A stretch of 64,000 nucleotides of DNA from an uncultured Acidobacteriaceae bacterium (GCA_963782275.1 CAWAJA010000004.1:108746-172745), one strand, 5' to 3'; counted from the stretch's first letter, positions 47,567 to 57,246 are shown. Program-made: numbers and translations. The notes: generated from the letters alone by a model not told the origin.

Positions 47567-50113
47567 CTACTGCACCGTCAACGGAACCGAAATCGATGCC
47601 GCGGAACTACCCGAGCTAGCGGTTACGGTCACCGTGTAGCTGCCGGTGGTTGTGCCCGGATTGTTGTTTGCGCTGCCACCACCCCCACCACACGCTGGAG
47701 CCATCAGCAGCATTAACGCGACTATCATCAGAAATGCACTCAGCCCGATTCTGCGCAGCAGAGTTTTCCGCGATGGCCTCTGCCGTGGAAGGAAGCCTGC
47801 AAAAACCACAGCGACCAGGAAGCTGCCGCTGCCTGCGAACGCTGCCCATCCGTTGCTACCGGGCTTCGGCCGGACTAGTGCCATCTGCGAAGCCGTAGAG
47901 GCGATGGACAGAGTGGTGTTAGCGCTGTTTGGCGAGGTAATGCTCACTTGGGCGGGAGTCAGGGAACAGGTAGGTGGCTCGTTTGGGGTACCTGTTCCGT
48001 TGTAAGCCACGGTGCAAGAAACGTTGACGGTTCCAGAGAAACCCTCCCCCGGACTGATAGTGACGGTCGCATTTGCGCCCCCACCCGGGGAGGCAATCGT
48101 CAGCGCCGTCGGGTTAGAGGACAAAGTGAATGCCGCAGCTTGATTCATGATCACTGAAAAATCAAACGGCACATAAGGGTTACCGGCGGCCGCATGAAAG
48201 TACAGCCCGACTGTACCGTTGCCGAAATCGTGTTCTACCGGATATTGATAGGGCGCGTAGAAGTTACCTCCAGTGTCGATCGCCGGGAAATCTGTCGCAC
48301 TCACCTGCGTAGCGGGATTTCCACCTGGCCCGGACTCATACATAATGTTGGTAGCTACTCCGCCTGTACAGTTCGGGCAAGTGATCGGCTGATTGTGCGG
48401 CCCCTGGCCCAGAGCCATAGATAGGTTGAATCGGTATCCGCCCGACACGTTGGAGACCATCTTGGAGTCCCAAGAGCCAGCGCTGTCCGGCAGCAATTGC
48501 TGCTCTACCGACCACGGCCCCCAGGGAGTAGCTGAAGTGCGGATCTGGAGCCCCAGGGTCTCAGCCGAGCCATAGGTCAGAACAAAGCGCTGTAGGGCAG
48601 GTGAATAGCGTACCGAGGGCTGGCCGATGTTGATACACATTTCATTAGTCTGAACGAACCTTGATTCACAGGTATGCGCATAAGTCGTAAGTAATGGTAT
48701 CGCGGACTGCTCCGCTCCGAGCGTCCACGATGGGTTGCCGCTTGAATCAACGTTCGTGAGGTAGTACGCCTGAGTCAGTCCGCCAGCCGCCCCATTGACT
48801 CTAGGGTTAGAAGGTACACTATAGCTGGTCGTACCAATGTTTGCAGCATCCATGCACATCAAATAAAGGTTGCTCTGCCTCCATGCCCAGGAGCTTCCAA
48901 AAGTGCAGACGATGTTGGATGCAGACTGCAAAGATGCTGGAAGCCCAGAGGCCCATGAAAGACCGGCGACAGCGAACACCGACGTAGTGGAATCAATGAA
49001 CTTTCCTATATTCGTTTCCTGGTTCTGCATTACGTTCCAGTCAACGGTTCCACTTGCACCACTGTAAACGGGGGAAATTGTGATGTGTGTCGGATCGGTG
49101 TACCCCGTGATCATATATTGCCGGTGGTTGACAGGATCCACCCAAGTGAGCGGGTACGCGCCTGTACCCCCACCAGCCGACGTCGTCATGTAGGACGCAA
49201 AATTATCCCCGGAAGCCCACGTGACTGTGCCGCTGCCCTGCGTCACCGTGGCAGTTCCATTTAGCACGGTAGGCGCTTGCGACCACACAGACTGCTTCGT
49301 ACATGGTAGCTCGGAGGTCATCGAAGCTGTAACTAAGTTCGTGGCCCCACAATTTAGCAGTATTGACTCCATATGATATTGGCCGGGCTTGCCTAGAACC
49401 TGGTCGACATCACTCTTAGTGACGTTCCATTCGATATAGAGATCATTATTAACTACGAAAGCCGTGCCAGCGGTGTGTCCGGCAAAAAGTACTTCAGGTG
49501 TACCATCTGCATCGCTCCCAAGGCCGCTCACATCCTGCGAGGCCATTGCTGGCTGGAGAGATAGATTATGACTACTGTTGGTGATATAAACTGGAGACGG
49601 ACATCCAGAATAGCCTATCGCGGGGGTGCCTCCCGCGGTAAGGCTAGTATCTACTCCGACGATAGCGGAACACCCGGAATAGTCGGGGAGAAGACCTCCG
49701 CTACCTGAAGTTAAACTCATGGCCTTCTGGCCGAGACAGTCTCCATGCCCGCCGGTAGGCAATCCGTTGGCTTGGCAGGTATCTGCGAACTGAAAGTCAT
49801 TCCACTGATTCCGAATTGTGTCCCAGTAAGTAGTGATCGTGTCTCCCCAAATACAGAATATCTGATTATTAGGAAGCGCTGTACAAGGGCCTTGATCCAT
49901 TCCCCACACGCCGTAGTTTGTCTGATAAAGGCCCTGGGTCGTCTGTCCGTAAGCAGAGTTCTCTCCCTGATAGTTGGGATTAAGGATCTGAAACATATCC
50001 TGCGCCAACTGCTGTAGGGGCGTGGCGGTGGATACTGGTTTAACGGGATCGTTCGTATCGGCCGCAAAAAGAAGCGGACACATGAGCAGTACAAGAGCGA
50101 GTCGTCTCTTCAT
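47567..50113 (-). CDS. Large secreted DUF4185-like (GH183-like) beta-propeller protein with C-terminal Ig-like modules and a membrane hairpin
   Basis: 848 aa with signal peptide MKRRLALVLLMCPLLFA. DUF4185-like landmarks are IFCIWGDT, IGQPSVRYSPALQRFVLTYGS...LQIRTSATPWGPWS and NFYAPYQYP...LYFHAAAGNPYVPFDFSVI. The C-terminus is described in the findings. Hand counts give about 43-53% GC against about 60% or more elsewhere. Confidence 0.65.
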   Translation of the reverse strand: MKRRLALVLLMCPLLFAADTNDPVKPVSTATPLQQLAQDMFQILNPNYQGENSAYGQTTQGLYQTNYGVWGMDQGPCTALPNNQIFCIWGDTITTYWDTIRNQWNDFQFADTCQANGLPTGGHGDCLGQKAMSLTSGSGGLLPDYSGCSAIVGVDTSLTAGGTPAIGYSGCPSPVYITNSSHNLSLQPAMASQDVSGLGSDADGTPEVLFAGHTAGTAFVVNNDLYIEWNVTKSDVDQVLGKPGQYHMESILLNCGATNLVTASMTSELPCTKQSVWSQAPTVLNGTATVTQGSGTVTWASGDNFASYMTTSAGGGTGAYPLTWVDPVNHRQYMITGYTDPTHITISPVYSGASGTVDWNVMQNQETNIGKFIDSTTSVFAVAGLSWASGLPASLQSASNIVCTFGSSWAWRQSNLYLMCMDAANIGTTSYSVPSNPRVNGAAGGLTQAYYLTNVDSSGNPSWTLGAEQSAIPLLTTYAHTCESRFVQTNEMCINIGQPSVRYSPALQRFVLTYGSAETLGLQIRTSATPWGPWSVEQQLLPDSAGSWDSKMVSNVSGGYRFNLSMALGQGPHNQPITCPNCTGGVATNIMYESGPGGNPATQVSATDFPAIDTGGNFYAPYQYPVEHDFGNGTVGLYFHAAAGNPYVPFDFSVIMNQAAAFTLSSNPTALTIASPGGGANATVTISPGEGFSGTVNVSCTVAYNGTGTPNEPPTCSLTPAQVSITSPNSANTTLSIASTASQMALVRPKPGSNGWAAFAGSGSFLVAVVFAGFLPRQRPSRKTLLRRIGLSAFLMIVALMLLMAPACGGGGGSANNNPGTTTGSYTVTVTASSGSSAASISVPLTVQ

Positions 50114-50522
50114 TGTAAGAAACCAGTCTTCGGAGTTTCATCCTAATTTAGCGATCGCCCCTTCCTCGGTCTAGCTACACGAAACCCCGGCAGGACAAAA
50201 ATGTTGTCCTCATCAGAAAACGCTTCACACGATGCCCGGCCGACATCGTGAAGAAAAAATGCAACACCGGTATTGTCCTCGTAGGATGGAGGACCTGAAC
50301 CACATGATACGGACCAATGTCGAGACTTATGCGGCTTTGATGACACAATTGATAGTCGGGGTTGCACCCACCGGGTAAACAGGAAGAACCTGCCTTTACC
50401 GTCGTCCTTGAAAATTGATGCCAATCACCGATAACACATCTGCAGCGGCAGCCTGCGTGGGGTGGATATTAGGACGTGAATCGTGCCGAGAGTATCCGGA
50501 CAAACCAATCCTGACATTTACT

Positions 50523-52304
50523 CTACGGCTTCGCAGCGCCTCCGGCCTTCTGATCGGCGATCCACTTGGTCACGCGCGCGTGCAGTGCGTCGAGCGGCAA
50601 GGCTCCGGCATCTAGAACTTCATCGTGAAAGGTGCGGATGTCATACTTCGCGCCAAGGTCCTGCTTAGCCTGCTCGCGCAGTTCGAGAATCTCCATCTGG
50701 CCTAGCTTGTAAGCGAGTGCCTGGCCCGGCCACGCGATGTAGCGGTCCACTTCGGTCTGAATGTTAGGCTCGTCCATGGCAGTGTGCTCGCGGAAGAAGT
50801 CCACCATCTGCTGGCGAGTCCAGTGCTTGTAATGCACCCCGGTGTCGACCACCAGCCGAATCGAGCGCCACATCTCGTTTTCCAGCCGGCCGTATTCGCT
50901 GTAGGGGTCCTGGTAGAAACCGACGTCCTTGCCCAGCCGCTCCGAGTAAAACGCCCACCCTTCGGAATAGGCGGTGTAGCCTCCGTATCTGCGAAAGGGG
51001 GGAATATCGGTCAACTCCTGCGCAATCGAAAACTGCAGGTGGTGGCCGGGAATGCCTTCGTGATAAGCGATGGCTTCGACGTTCAGCAGCAGGCGGTGTT
51101 CGGGATCGTACTCGTTCACGTTGATCCGGCCGGGACGCGAGCCGTTCCCTGCTCCCACTGAATAGTCGGCTGGAACCGCGTTGGGCGCGCGGTACGCCTC
51201 CATAGGAACCACGACCAGCTTGTTCTTCGGCAGCCGGCCAAACAGTTGCGGCAGTTTGGGGTACATCTGGTCGGTGTAGTGCTGATACAGGTCGACAATC
51301 TGCTGGCCCGAGGTGCCGTGCAGTTTAGGATCCTGGCGGATGTGCTGGTTGAAACTCGTTAGGTCAGCGAAGCCTTGCTGCTTAGCAATGGTCAACATCT
51401 GGGCCTCGATGTCGGCCACCTGCTTCAGACCCATTTGGTGAATCTGCTCAGGCTGAAGCGCGGTGGTGGTCATGCGCCGGACGTCGAACTCATAACGCGC
51501 GTCCCCATCGGGCAGTGACCAGACCCCCATTTCCGTCCGTCCCTTCGGTGCGTAGTCGTTTTTCACAAAGGCGGCGAACTTCGCATAGGCTGGATTGACC
51601 TCGGACTTGACAGTCTTCGTCACCGCATCGCGCAAGCGCTGCTGATCGGCGGCTGGAATCTCGGCGGGAAACTTCAACACCGGCTGGTTGAAGGGGCTCT
51701 TGTCCTCAGTCGCACCCGCGATCTCCTGCGCCTGAACCGTGACTTTCTCCAGCAGATATTTCGGCGGCAGGAGATGGTCGCGCAGGCCAAGCCTCATGTC
51801 TTCGGTCACTTCGTTGAAGACACGCGGCAGTTGGTGCAGGCGGGCAATATAGTTTTCGTAGTCCTTGACGGTCTTGAACGGCATCTGCGTCGGCATAGAT
51901 GCGTATTCCAGGTGCACGCCAAAGAATTGGTTAACCGGCATCTCCCAACCACTGAACCTTGCGCCGTCCACGTCTTCACGCAGGCCGCGCACCATGAGTT
52001 GCTGATTGAGCACCTCTTCTTCCGGGAATCCGGAGGTGTCGATCGCCTCAAAGACTTTGAGTTGTTGTTTCGAATGCTCGACCTGTTTCGCAATCGCGTC
52101 GGGCGAATAGTCACCGAGGCGGTCGTTGTAGCGGGTGTCGCCGACGTAGGTGGCGAATTCGGGATAGGTGCGAAGCTGGTACTCCCATTCAGCCTGCAAG
52201 GTGTCGCGCAACTGAGCGCGGCGCGCCTCGAGGTTATGGCTGTTTTGGGCGGATAGTGCGACGGTGCAGGCCAGGACAATCGATGCAATCACCAACAGTT
52301 TCAT
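50523..52304 (-). CDS. DUF885 family protein (metallopeptidase-like), secreted
   Basis: 593 aa with a signal peptide. It has the hallmark AYHEGIPGHHLQ and ...AWPGQALAYKLG. Confidence 0.85.
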   Translation of the reverse strand: MKLLVIASIVLACTVALSAQNSHNLEARRAQLRDTLQAEWEYQLRTYPEFATYVGDTRYNDRLGDYSPDAIAKQVEHSKQQLKVFEAIDTSGFPEEEVLNQQLMVRGLREDVDGARFSGWEMPVNQFFGVHLEYASMPTQMPFKTVKDYENYIARLHQLPRVFNEVTEDMRLGLRDHLLPPKYLLEKVTVQAQEIAGATEDKSPFNQPVLKFPAEIPAADQQRLRDAVTKTVKSEVNPAYAKFAAFVKNDYAPKGRTEMGVWSLPDGDARYEFDVRRMTTTALQPEQIHQMGLKQVADIEAQMLTIAKQQGFADLTSFNQHIRQDPKLHGTSGQQIVDLYQHYTDQMYPKLPQLFGRLPKNKLVVVPMEAYRAPNAVPADYSVGAGNGSRPGRINVNEYDPEHRLLLNVEAIAYHEGIPGHHLQFSIAQELTDIPPFRRYGGYTAYSEGWAFYSERLGKDVGFYQDPYSEYGRLENEMWRSIRLVVDTGVHYKHWTRQQMVDFFREHTAMDEPNIQTEVDRYIAWPGQALAYKLGQMEILELREQAKQDLGAKYDIRTFHDEVLDAGALPLDALHARVTKWIADQKAGGAAKP

Positions 52305-53260
52305 GCTCGGGACCTCGGGCTCACATGGTTTAGCAAATGAAAGTACTGCCTCGCCTTGTGCACGTCCCTGGCGATCTGTTCGCGCAAGGCGTCCACTGAG
52401 GGAAACTTGATCTCCGGGCGCAGCCGCTTCAGGAAGATCAGTTCCAGTTCGGTCTGCGCCAGCAACTCAATGGGATGAAAGTTCAGCAGGTGGCTCTCGA
52501 TGGCGAACGAGTCCGGCCCAAACGTTGGGCGATTTCCAACGTTGGTCACCGCCTCGAAGCACTCGTTGCCGACGCGTAGCCACGTGATGTAAACGCCATC
52601 GGCAGGCACGAGCTCGTCGTAACGCGACAGGTTGATGGTCGGCACCGTGTATTTGTGACCGTAGCCGCGACCTCGCCCTGGATTCGAGAAGATGCTGAAC
52701 GGGCGTCCCAGCAAGGCGCGGGCCTTCCCTACTTCTCCGGCGGCGAGGAGTTTGCGGATTTCGCTGCTGGAAACGTGATGTCCACGCCGCAGTTGCTCGG
52801 GATAGACGACTGCCTCGAAACCCATCTCCTTGCCGAGCGCGTCAAGCGTATTCACATTCCCTTGCGCCTTGTGGCCGAAGTGAAAGTTATAGCCTTCGTG
52901 GACTTCGCGGGCGTGCAGGGTACCGACCAGCACCTCGCGAGCGAAGTCCTGCGCCGTCATCAGCGAAAGATCGCGGGTAAAAGGCAGCACGAGTACGGCG
53001 TCCACGCCGGCCTGTTCCAGGAGTTGTAACTTGACCGGCAATGGCGTCAGCAGCCTAGGGGCGACATCCGGCCGCAAGATGCGGAACGGATGCGGCTCGA
53101 AAGTCACGACCACCGCCTTGCCCCCCAGCGCGTGCGCGCTCTTTGCCATGCGCCGCACCACTTCCTGATGGGCGAGATGCACGCCATCGAAGTTGCCAAC
53201 GCTCACCACCGTGGGGCCGAGTTGCGGCGGCACATCCTCGAGTTTGTGAAAGACTTGCAT
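52301..53260 (-). CDS. ribF: Bifunctional riboflavin kinase / FAD synthetase
   Basis: 319 aa with VVSVGNFDGVHLAHQ, SSSEIR, GRGYG..YTVPTINL and ...RLRPEIKF.S.DALREQI. Confidence 0.9.
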   Translation of the reverse strand: MQVFHKLEDVPPQLGPTVVSVGNFDGVHLAHQEVVRRMAKSAHALGGKAVVVTFEPHPFRILRPDVAPRLLTPLPVKLQLLEQAGVDAVLVLPFTRDLSLMTAQDFAREVLVGTLHAREVHEGYNFHFGHKAQGNVNTLDALGKEMGFEAVVYPEQLRRGHHVSSSEIRKLLAAGEVGKARALLGRPFSIFSNPGRGRGYGHKYTVPTINLSRYDELVPADGVYITWLRVGNECFEAVTNVGNRPTFGPDSFAIESHLLNFHPIELLAQTELELIFLKRLRPEIKFPSVDALREQIARDVHKARQYFHLLNHVSPRSRA

Positions 53261-53271
53261 GGGCTGGCGTC

Positions 53272-54051
53272 CTAGAGGTCGAACTCGAGTTTGAGGCCAT
53301 CGTGCGCCAGGCGAACATTCGCCGGCAGCGTCGCATTGGTCTCGTCATGCGGAAGGTCGTGCGAAATGTGGGTGAAGTAGGCCCGCTTCGGTTGCAGCCG
53401 GTCTACCAGCTCCAGAGAACTCTTCACGGTTGAGTGCGTCGGATGCGGATGGTGCCGGAGGGCATCAAGGAACAGGATGTCCAAGCCGTGCAGCTGTGCC
53501 AGCGTCTCTTCGGGTACGCTACTGAAATCGGTGAGATACGCGGCTGAACCGAAGCGATAGCCTTGGATGGGAACGTCGCCGTGATGCACTTCAACCGGTG
53601 TGAACGTTACCCCGAACAGCTCCAGCGGACCATTCACCGGCCGTATCTCGACTTGCGCGAGTCCACCGTACTTGTACTTCGCCTCGAAGATGTAGCGAAA
53701 GACACTGCGCAGCACCTTCGCCGTCATGTCGCTGGCGAACAGGGGAATCTTCCCTCCCCCGGTGACCCGCGGGAAGCTGAGCGGCCGAACATCGTCGAGC
53801 CCCAGAATGTGGTCGGCATGTCCGTGAGTGTAGATTACGGCGTCAATCTTCTTAATGCGCTCGCGGATGGCCTGTTCACGAAAATCGGGTGTGGTGTCGA
53901 TCAGCACGGTGCGACCATCCCATTGCACCATGACCGAGGGACGGGTGCGACGATCATGCGGGTCGGATGAGGTGCAGACGCGGCAATCGCAACCAATGGT
54001 GGGCACGCCCATCGAGGTTCCGCTGCCCAGCACGGTGAGCGTGGCTTTCAT
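53272..54051 (-). CDS. MBL-fold metallo-hydrolase (PhnP-like)
   Basis: 259 aa with LGSGTSMGVP..GCDCRVC and the HGHADH motif. Confidence 0.85.
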   Translation of the reverse strand: MKATLTVLGSGTSMGVPTIGCDCRVCTSSDPHDRRTRPSVMVQWDGRTVLIDTTPDFREQAIRERIKKIDAVIYTHGHADHILGLDDVRPLSFPRVTGGGKIPLFASDMTAKVLRSVFRYIFEAKYKYGGLAQVEIRPVNGPLELFGVTFTPVEVHHGDVPIQGYRFGSAAYLTDFSSVPEETLAQLHGLDILFLDALRHHPHPTHSTVKSSLELVDRLQPKRAYFTHISHDLPHDETNATLPANVRLAHDGLKLEFDL

Positions 54052-54692
54052 CCGGCCTTGACGTCAGCGCCCGGACCGCCCTGCGGCGGGCGCGTAATCA
54101 GGTTGGTAACTTCCAGGTAGGCCATGCGCAGTTCATAGAGGCAGTTCTGCAGCATGCTCTCCTCGGCCGGGGTCAGATTGCCCTTGGTCTTTTCCTGCAG
54201 GATGGCCAGCGTGTCAATGGTCTGGCGCGCGCCGATCAGGTCCACCCCCGGCTTCTCTCCGGGCGGCGCGGCGAGTCCGAGCTGCATGAGCGCGCTCATG
54301 TAAATCGACGCGACAAACTTCTCGAAGCTCATCTCGAAATCGGTCGCGCGATGCTGCTGCCCTTGCTTGCGCATCTCCTTGTTGATCTGATCGTCGATCT
54401 GCTTTGTGGACTTTTTGTAGGCGTCGGCTGAGGCCTGCTGTTCGGCCGCGCTGGGCATCTCCGGCTCTGGTTCATCCTGCGGCAGGACGGCGGCCTGAGT
54501 CGACTGCGCTGATGCAGGCTGATTCTTGGCTGCGCGTTCGTCGTTGACGAGCTTTTGGGCTTCGCGGTTCTCGCGTTCCCGTTCCGCGCGACGTTCTTCG
54601 TCCTGGACAACGTCCTGGCGCAATTCGCCGTCGGTGCTGAAGAGACGGCGGTCGGTCACTACGAAATCAGATTTCTTCTCTTTGTCTGGCAT
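54048..54692 (-). CDS. DUF1844 domain-containing protein
   Basis: Starts at MPDKEKKSDFVVTDRR. The C-terminal FEKFVASIYMSALMQLGL...ARQTIDTLAILQEKTKGNLTPAEESMLQNCLYELRMAY matches DUF1844. The upstream part of ORF 54048..54824 overlaps ygfZ and is not supported. Confidence 0.7.
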   Translation of the reverse strand: MPDKEKKSDFVVTDRRLFSTDGELRQDVVQDEERRAERERENREAQKLVNDERAAKNQPASAQSTQAAVLPQDEPEPEMPSAAEQQASADAYKKSTKQIDDQINKEMRKQGQQHRATDFEMSFEKFVASIYMSALMQLGLAAPPGEKPGVDLIGARQTIDTLAILQEKTKGNLTPAEESMLQNCLYELRMAYLEVTNLITRPPQGGPGADVKAG

Positions 54693-54729
54693 AGATTCGT
54701 TTGTCGCTCTTTGCTCTTGGTTCTTCGCG

Positions 54730-55792
54730 TTACGATTCGCTGCGGAATGGCAGCGTCTGAACCGTTGCGCTTTGCTCGCCGATCTGGACTTTGGTCCCTG
54801 GGACCGCGATCTCCGGATGCGCATATCCGAGCGCCAGCGTTCGCTCGCCGCTGGGAAATGGAATACGTGCCGCGCTGGTCATCTCGCCTGCATTCTTATC
54901 GTTGACGCGCACTTTGGTCCCCGGCTGCGGCGGTTCACCTTCCACCTCGAAGCCGACAAACGTGCGGTGCAGAATCGCACGCGACCGAATGCGCTCCACG
55001 ATCTCCTGCCCGATGTAGCAGCCCTTGGCGAAGTTCAACGCGTAATGCTGGCCGGTCTCCTGCGGCAGATCACGCTCCCGCAGATCGACGCCAATCCGAG
55101 GCACACCCCTGACGATGCGGTAAAGCTCCAGCGCCTCGCTTCCGACCGGAGTCGCGCCCGCACTCACCAGCCCTTCCCAAACTTTGTCAACCTTCTCGGC
55201 GGCAAACCAGATCTCGTAACCGTCGATCTGCGGCTGCGCGCTGCGCGCGACCGAGATGCCAAAATCGCGCCACACCGTGTCGATCACCTGGCCACGCTCA
55301 AGCTGGCCAACGTCAATGCCAGCACTGGACAACACCTCCCGCGCTTTCGGCCCGGCTACCTCTATAGTCGCAAGCTTGTCGCTGATGTCGGCAACCTCGA
55401 CGTCGTCCATGATGATGTAGCGGTCAAAGATGGCGGCAATGGCGGGGCGCTTGCTGGCGGTCGGTCGTGACCAGCAAGTAGTCGCCACGGTTGTAGGCGA
55501 CCAGGTCTCCCTGAATGCGTCCCTGTGCGCTTAGCAGGAAGCTGTAAACGCCATGCCCGAGTGCAAGGTCGCGAATGTTGTTGGTGACCATGCCGTTCAA
55601 CCAACGAACGCGATCTTCCCCGCTCAACACCAACTTAGCCTGCCAGCTCATGTCAAGGACAGCGCAGCCTTCCAGCAGCGCGCGAAACTCGGCGGTGGTG
55701 TCGCCAAACGAAGCTGGCGTCTCCGCGCCGCGATAGCTGCCTAGACGCGCACCCGAGGCCGCGAGCTTCTCTTGAATGGTGGTGATACTCAT
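54730..55792 (-). pseudogene. ygfZ: Folate-binding YgfZ / aminomethyltransferase-family protein, one +1 frame break
   Basis: ORF 55424..55888 (from MSITTIQEKL...WQAKLVLSGEDRVRWLNGMVTNN) and ORF 54730..55488 (...ALNFAKGCYIGQEIVERIRSRA...) join at ...TTDRQQAP / AIAAIFDRY. The break is in a C run near 55445. Confidence 0.8.
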
Positions 55793-55895
55793 GCCCAATG
55801 TTTGATTATAACGAAGCGAACGAGGTCGCTGCGCGCGGCTGGACTGGCGCTTGTGCGTGGGCCATGGACTGTCAGCCTTGCGTAACAACCGTGCC

Positions 55896-55960
55896 GCCGG
55901 CTAAAGCCGGCTCCATTCTGAATGATCTTCATCAACGCGGCGCTGAAGCGCCGCTCTACC
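55896..55960. repeat. REP-like hairpins (GCCGGC-taaa-GCCGGC and GCGGCGC-TGAA-GCGCCGC followed by TCTACC)
   Basis: 55935-55960 is the exact reverse complement of 17097-17122 (26 nt). Confidence 0.45.
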
Positions 55961-56008
55961 AGTACATTTGAGCACTGTGCCAGTTCCAAGACTGTTCTAG
56001 CCGGACAA

Positions 56009-56971
56009 TCAGTAGAAGCTTCTCATCCAGCGATGCTCGCGAAGCTTGTGCAAGATTTCTTCCGGGAGGGGCCCGGCATCGGAGACTGCGGTATTCGCAG
56101 CCACATGCTTGGTGCTTCGCATACCAGGAATGATCGTGGAGACGGCGGGGTGCGATAGACAGAAGCGAAGCGCGATTTGCGGCATATCGTCCATGCTGAT
56201 GCCAAGATCGACGGCAATGGCTAGCACTCGCTCCCAGGCCTCCTGCTTGCGACCGCCCGAGAAGTAGGTGTTGCGAAAATCGCCTTCAGGAAAAGTCGTG
56301 TCGGGCGTGATTTTGCCGGTCAGACTGCCTTCATCGAAAGGTACCCGCACAATCACGCCGATGCCATGCTTCTGGCAGTAGGGGAACAGCTCGTCCTCGG
56401 GCGACTGGTCGAAGATGTTGTAGATCACCTGTACGGCGTCAACCAGCCCGGTGTCGAGCGCCTTCAGCGCGTTCGTCGGCTCATGGCTCTGGATTGAGAT
56501 TCCGACGAACTTCGCTTTGCCCGATGATTTCATCTCGCCAACGGTCTCTTGCCATTCCGGCTGCGAAGCCCAGTCGTCAATCCAAGTGTGGAACTGGTAG
56601 ATGTCCACGCTCGCCCGTCTAAGGTTCTTGAGCGTCTTATCCAGGCACTCCAACACATAATTCTTCGGGAATGTATTGCGAAGGGGAGTGCCGGGCTTCA
56701 CCGCCCAGACGAGGTCTTTCGGCGGCACCTTGCTGGCAATGATGACATCACTCGATTGCCCGAAGCACTGCGCGATCAAGCTTTCGCTATGGCCGTCACC
56801 GTAAGCCAGAGCGGTGTCGTAGAAGTTGACGCCGGCTTCGCGCGCCGCCCGCAGCGAACGCAGCGACTCCTCGTCCTCTGCGCCCACCCACAGCGCCTTG
56901 CCGATACCCCAGGCGCCGTAGCCAATTTCGCTGACCTTCAATCCCGTCTTGCCAAACGATCGATAACGCAT
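56009..56971 (-). CDS. Aldo/keto reductase
   Basis: 320 aa with LKVSEIGYGAWGIG, FYDTALAYGDGHSE and ...IPGMRSTKHV. Confidence 0.9.
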   Translation of the reverse strand: MRYRSFGKTGLKVSEIGYGAWGIGKALWVGAEDEESLRSLRAAREAGVNFYDTALAYGDGHSESLIAQCFGQSSDVIIASKVPPKDLVWAVKPGTPLRNTFPKNYVLECLDKTLKNLRRASVDIYQFHTWIDDWASQPEWQETVGEMKSSGKAKFVGISIQSHEPTNALKALDTGLVDAVQVIYNIFDQSPEDELFPYCQKHGIGVIVRVPFDEGSLTGKITPDTTFPEGDFRNTYFSGGRKQEAWERVLAIAVDLGISMDDMPQIALRFCLSHPAVSTIIPGMRSTKHVAANTAVSDAGPLPEEILHKLREHRWMRSFY

Positions 56972-57041
56972 AAATGGTTTTTCTCCCGAGTGTCAAATCA
57001 ACGTGAGGCCCTATCGTAGGGATGAAACTGCACCACGGGGG

Positions 57042-57246
57042 CACGGAGATCGCGGAGAAACTCTCTTGCAATTTGCTGAAAAACTCATAAAAACAGATCC
57101 CTCACCGACTAGAGTCGGTTCGGGATGACGAAAAGAAAAGGACTTGTAACGGCGCACCTGAAGGTGTGCCCCTTCAAAACGTTGCCAGTTCCCGTTTTTC
57201 AGCAAACTGCTAGAAAACAAAATTCCGAGTTCTCCGTGTCTCCGTG
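57042..57246. repeat. Composite element of about 205 nt with nested inverted repeats (MITE-like / REP composite)
   Basis: The outer arms are cacggagatcgcggagaaactc (57042-57063) and gagttctccgtgtctccgtg (57227-57246), about 18/22 complementary. The inner arms TTTGCTGAAAAAC (57072-57084) and GTTTTTCAGCAAA (57194-57206) are perfect. Internal hairpins are ACCGAC-taga-GTCGGT and GGCGCACC-TGAA-GGTGTGCC. Confidence 0.45.

Noticed and set aside
50143-50424. 93-aa minus-strand ORF with an HD-domain-like FFLHDVGR segment.
   Set aside because: Only one short motif is present, with no start context and no flanking domain sequence. At best it is a decayed remnant. I mention it only as possible edge debris of the lower-GC patch.
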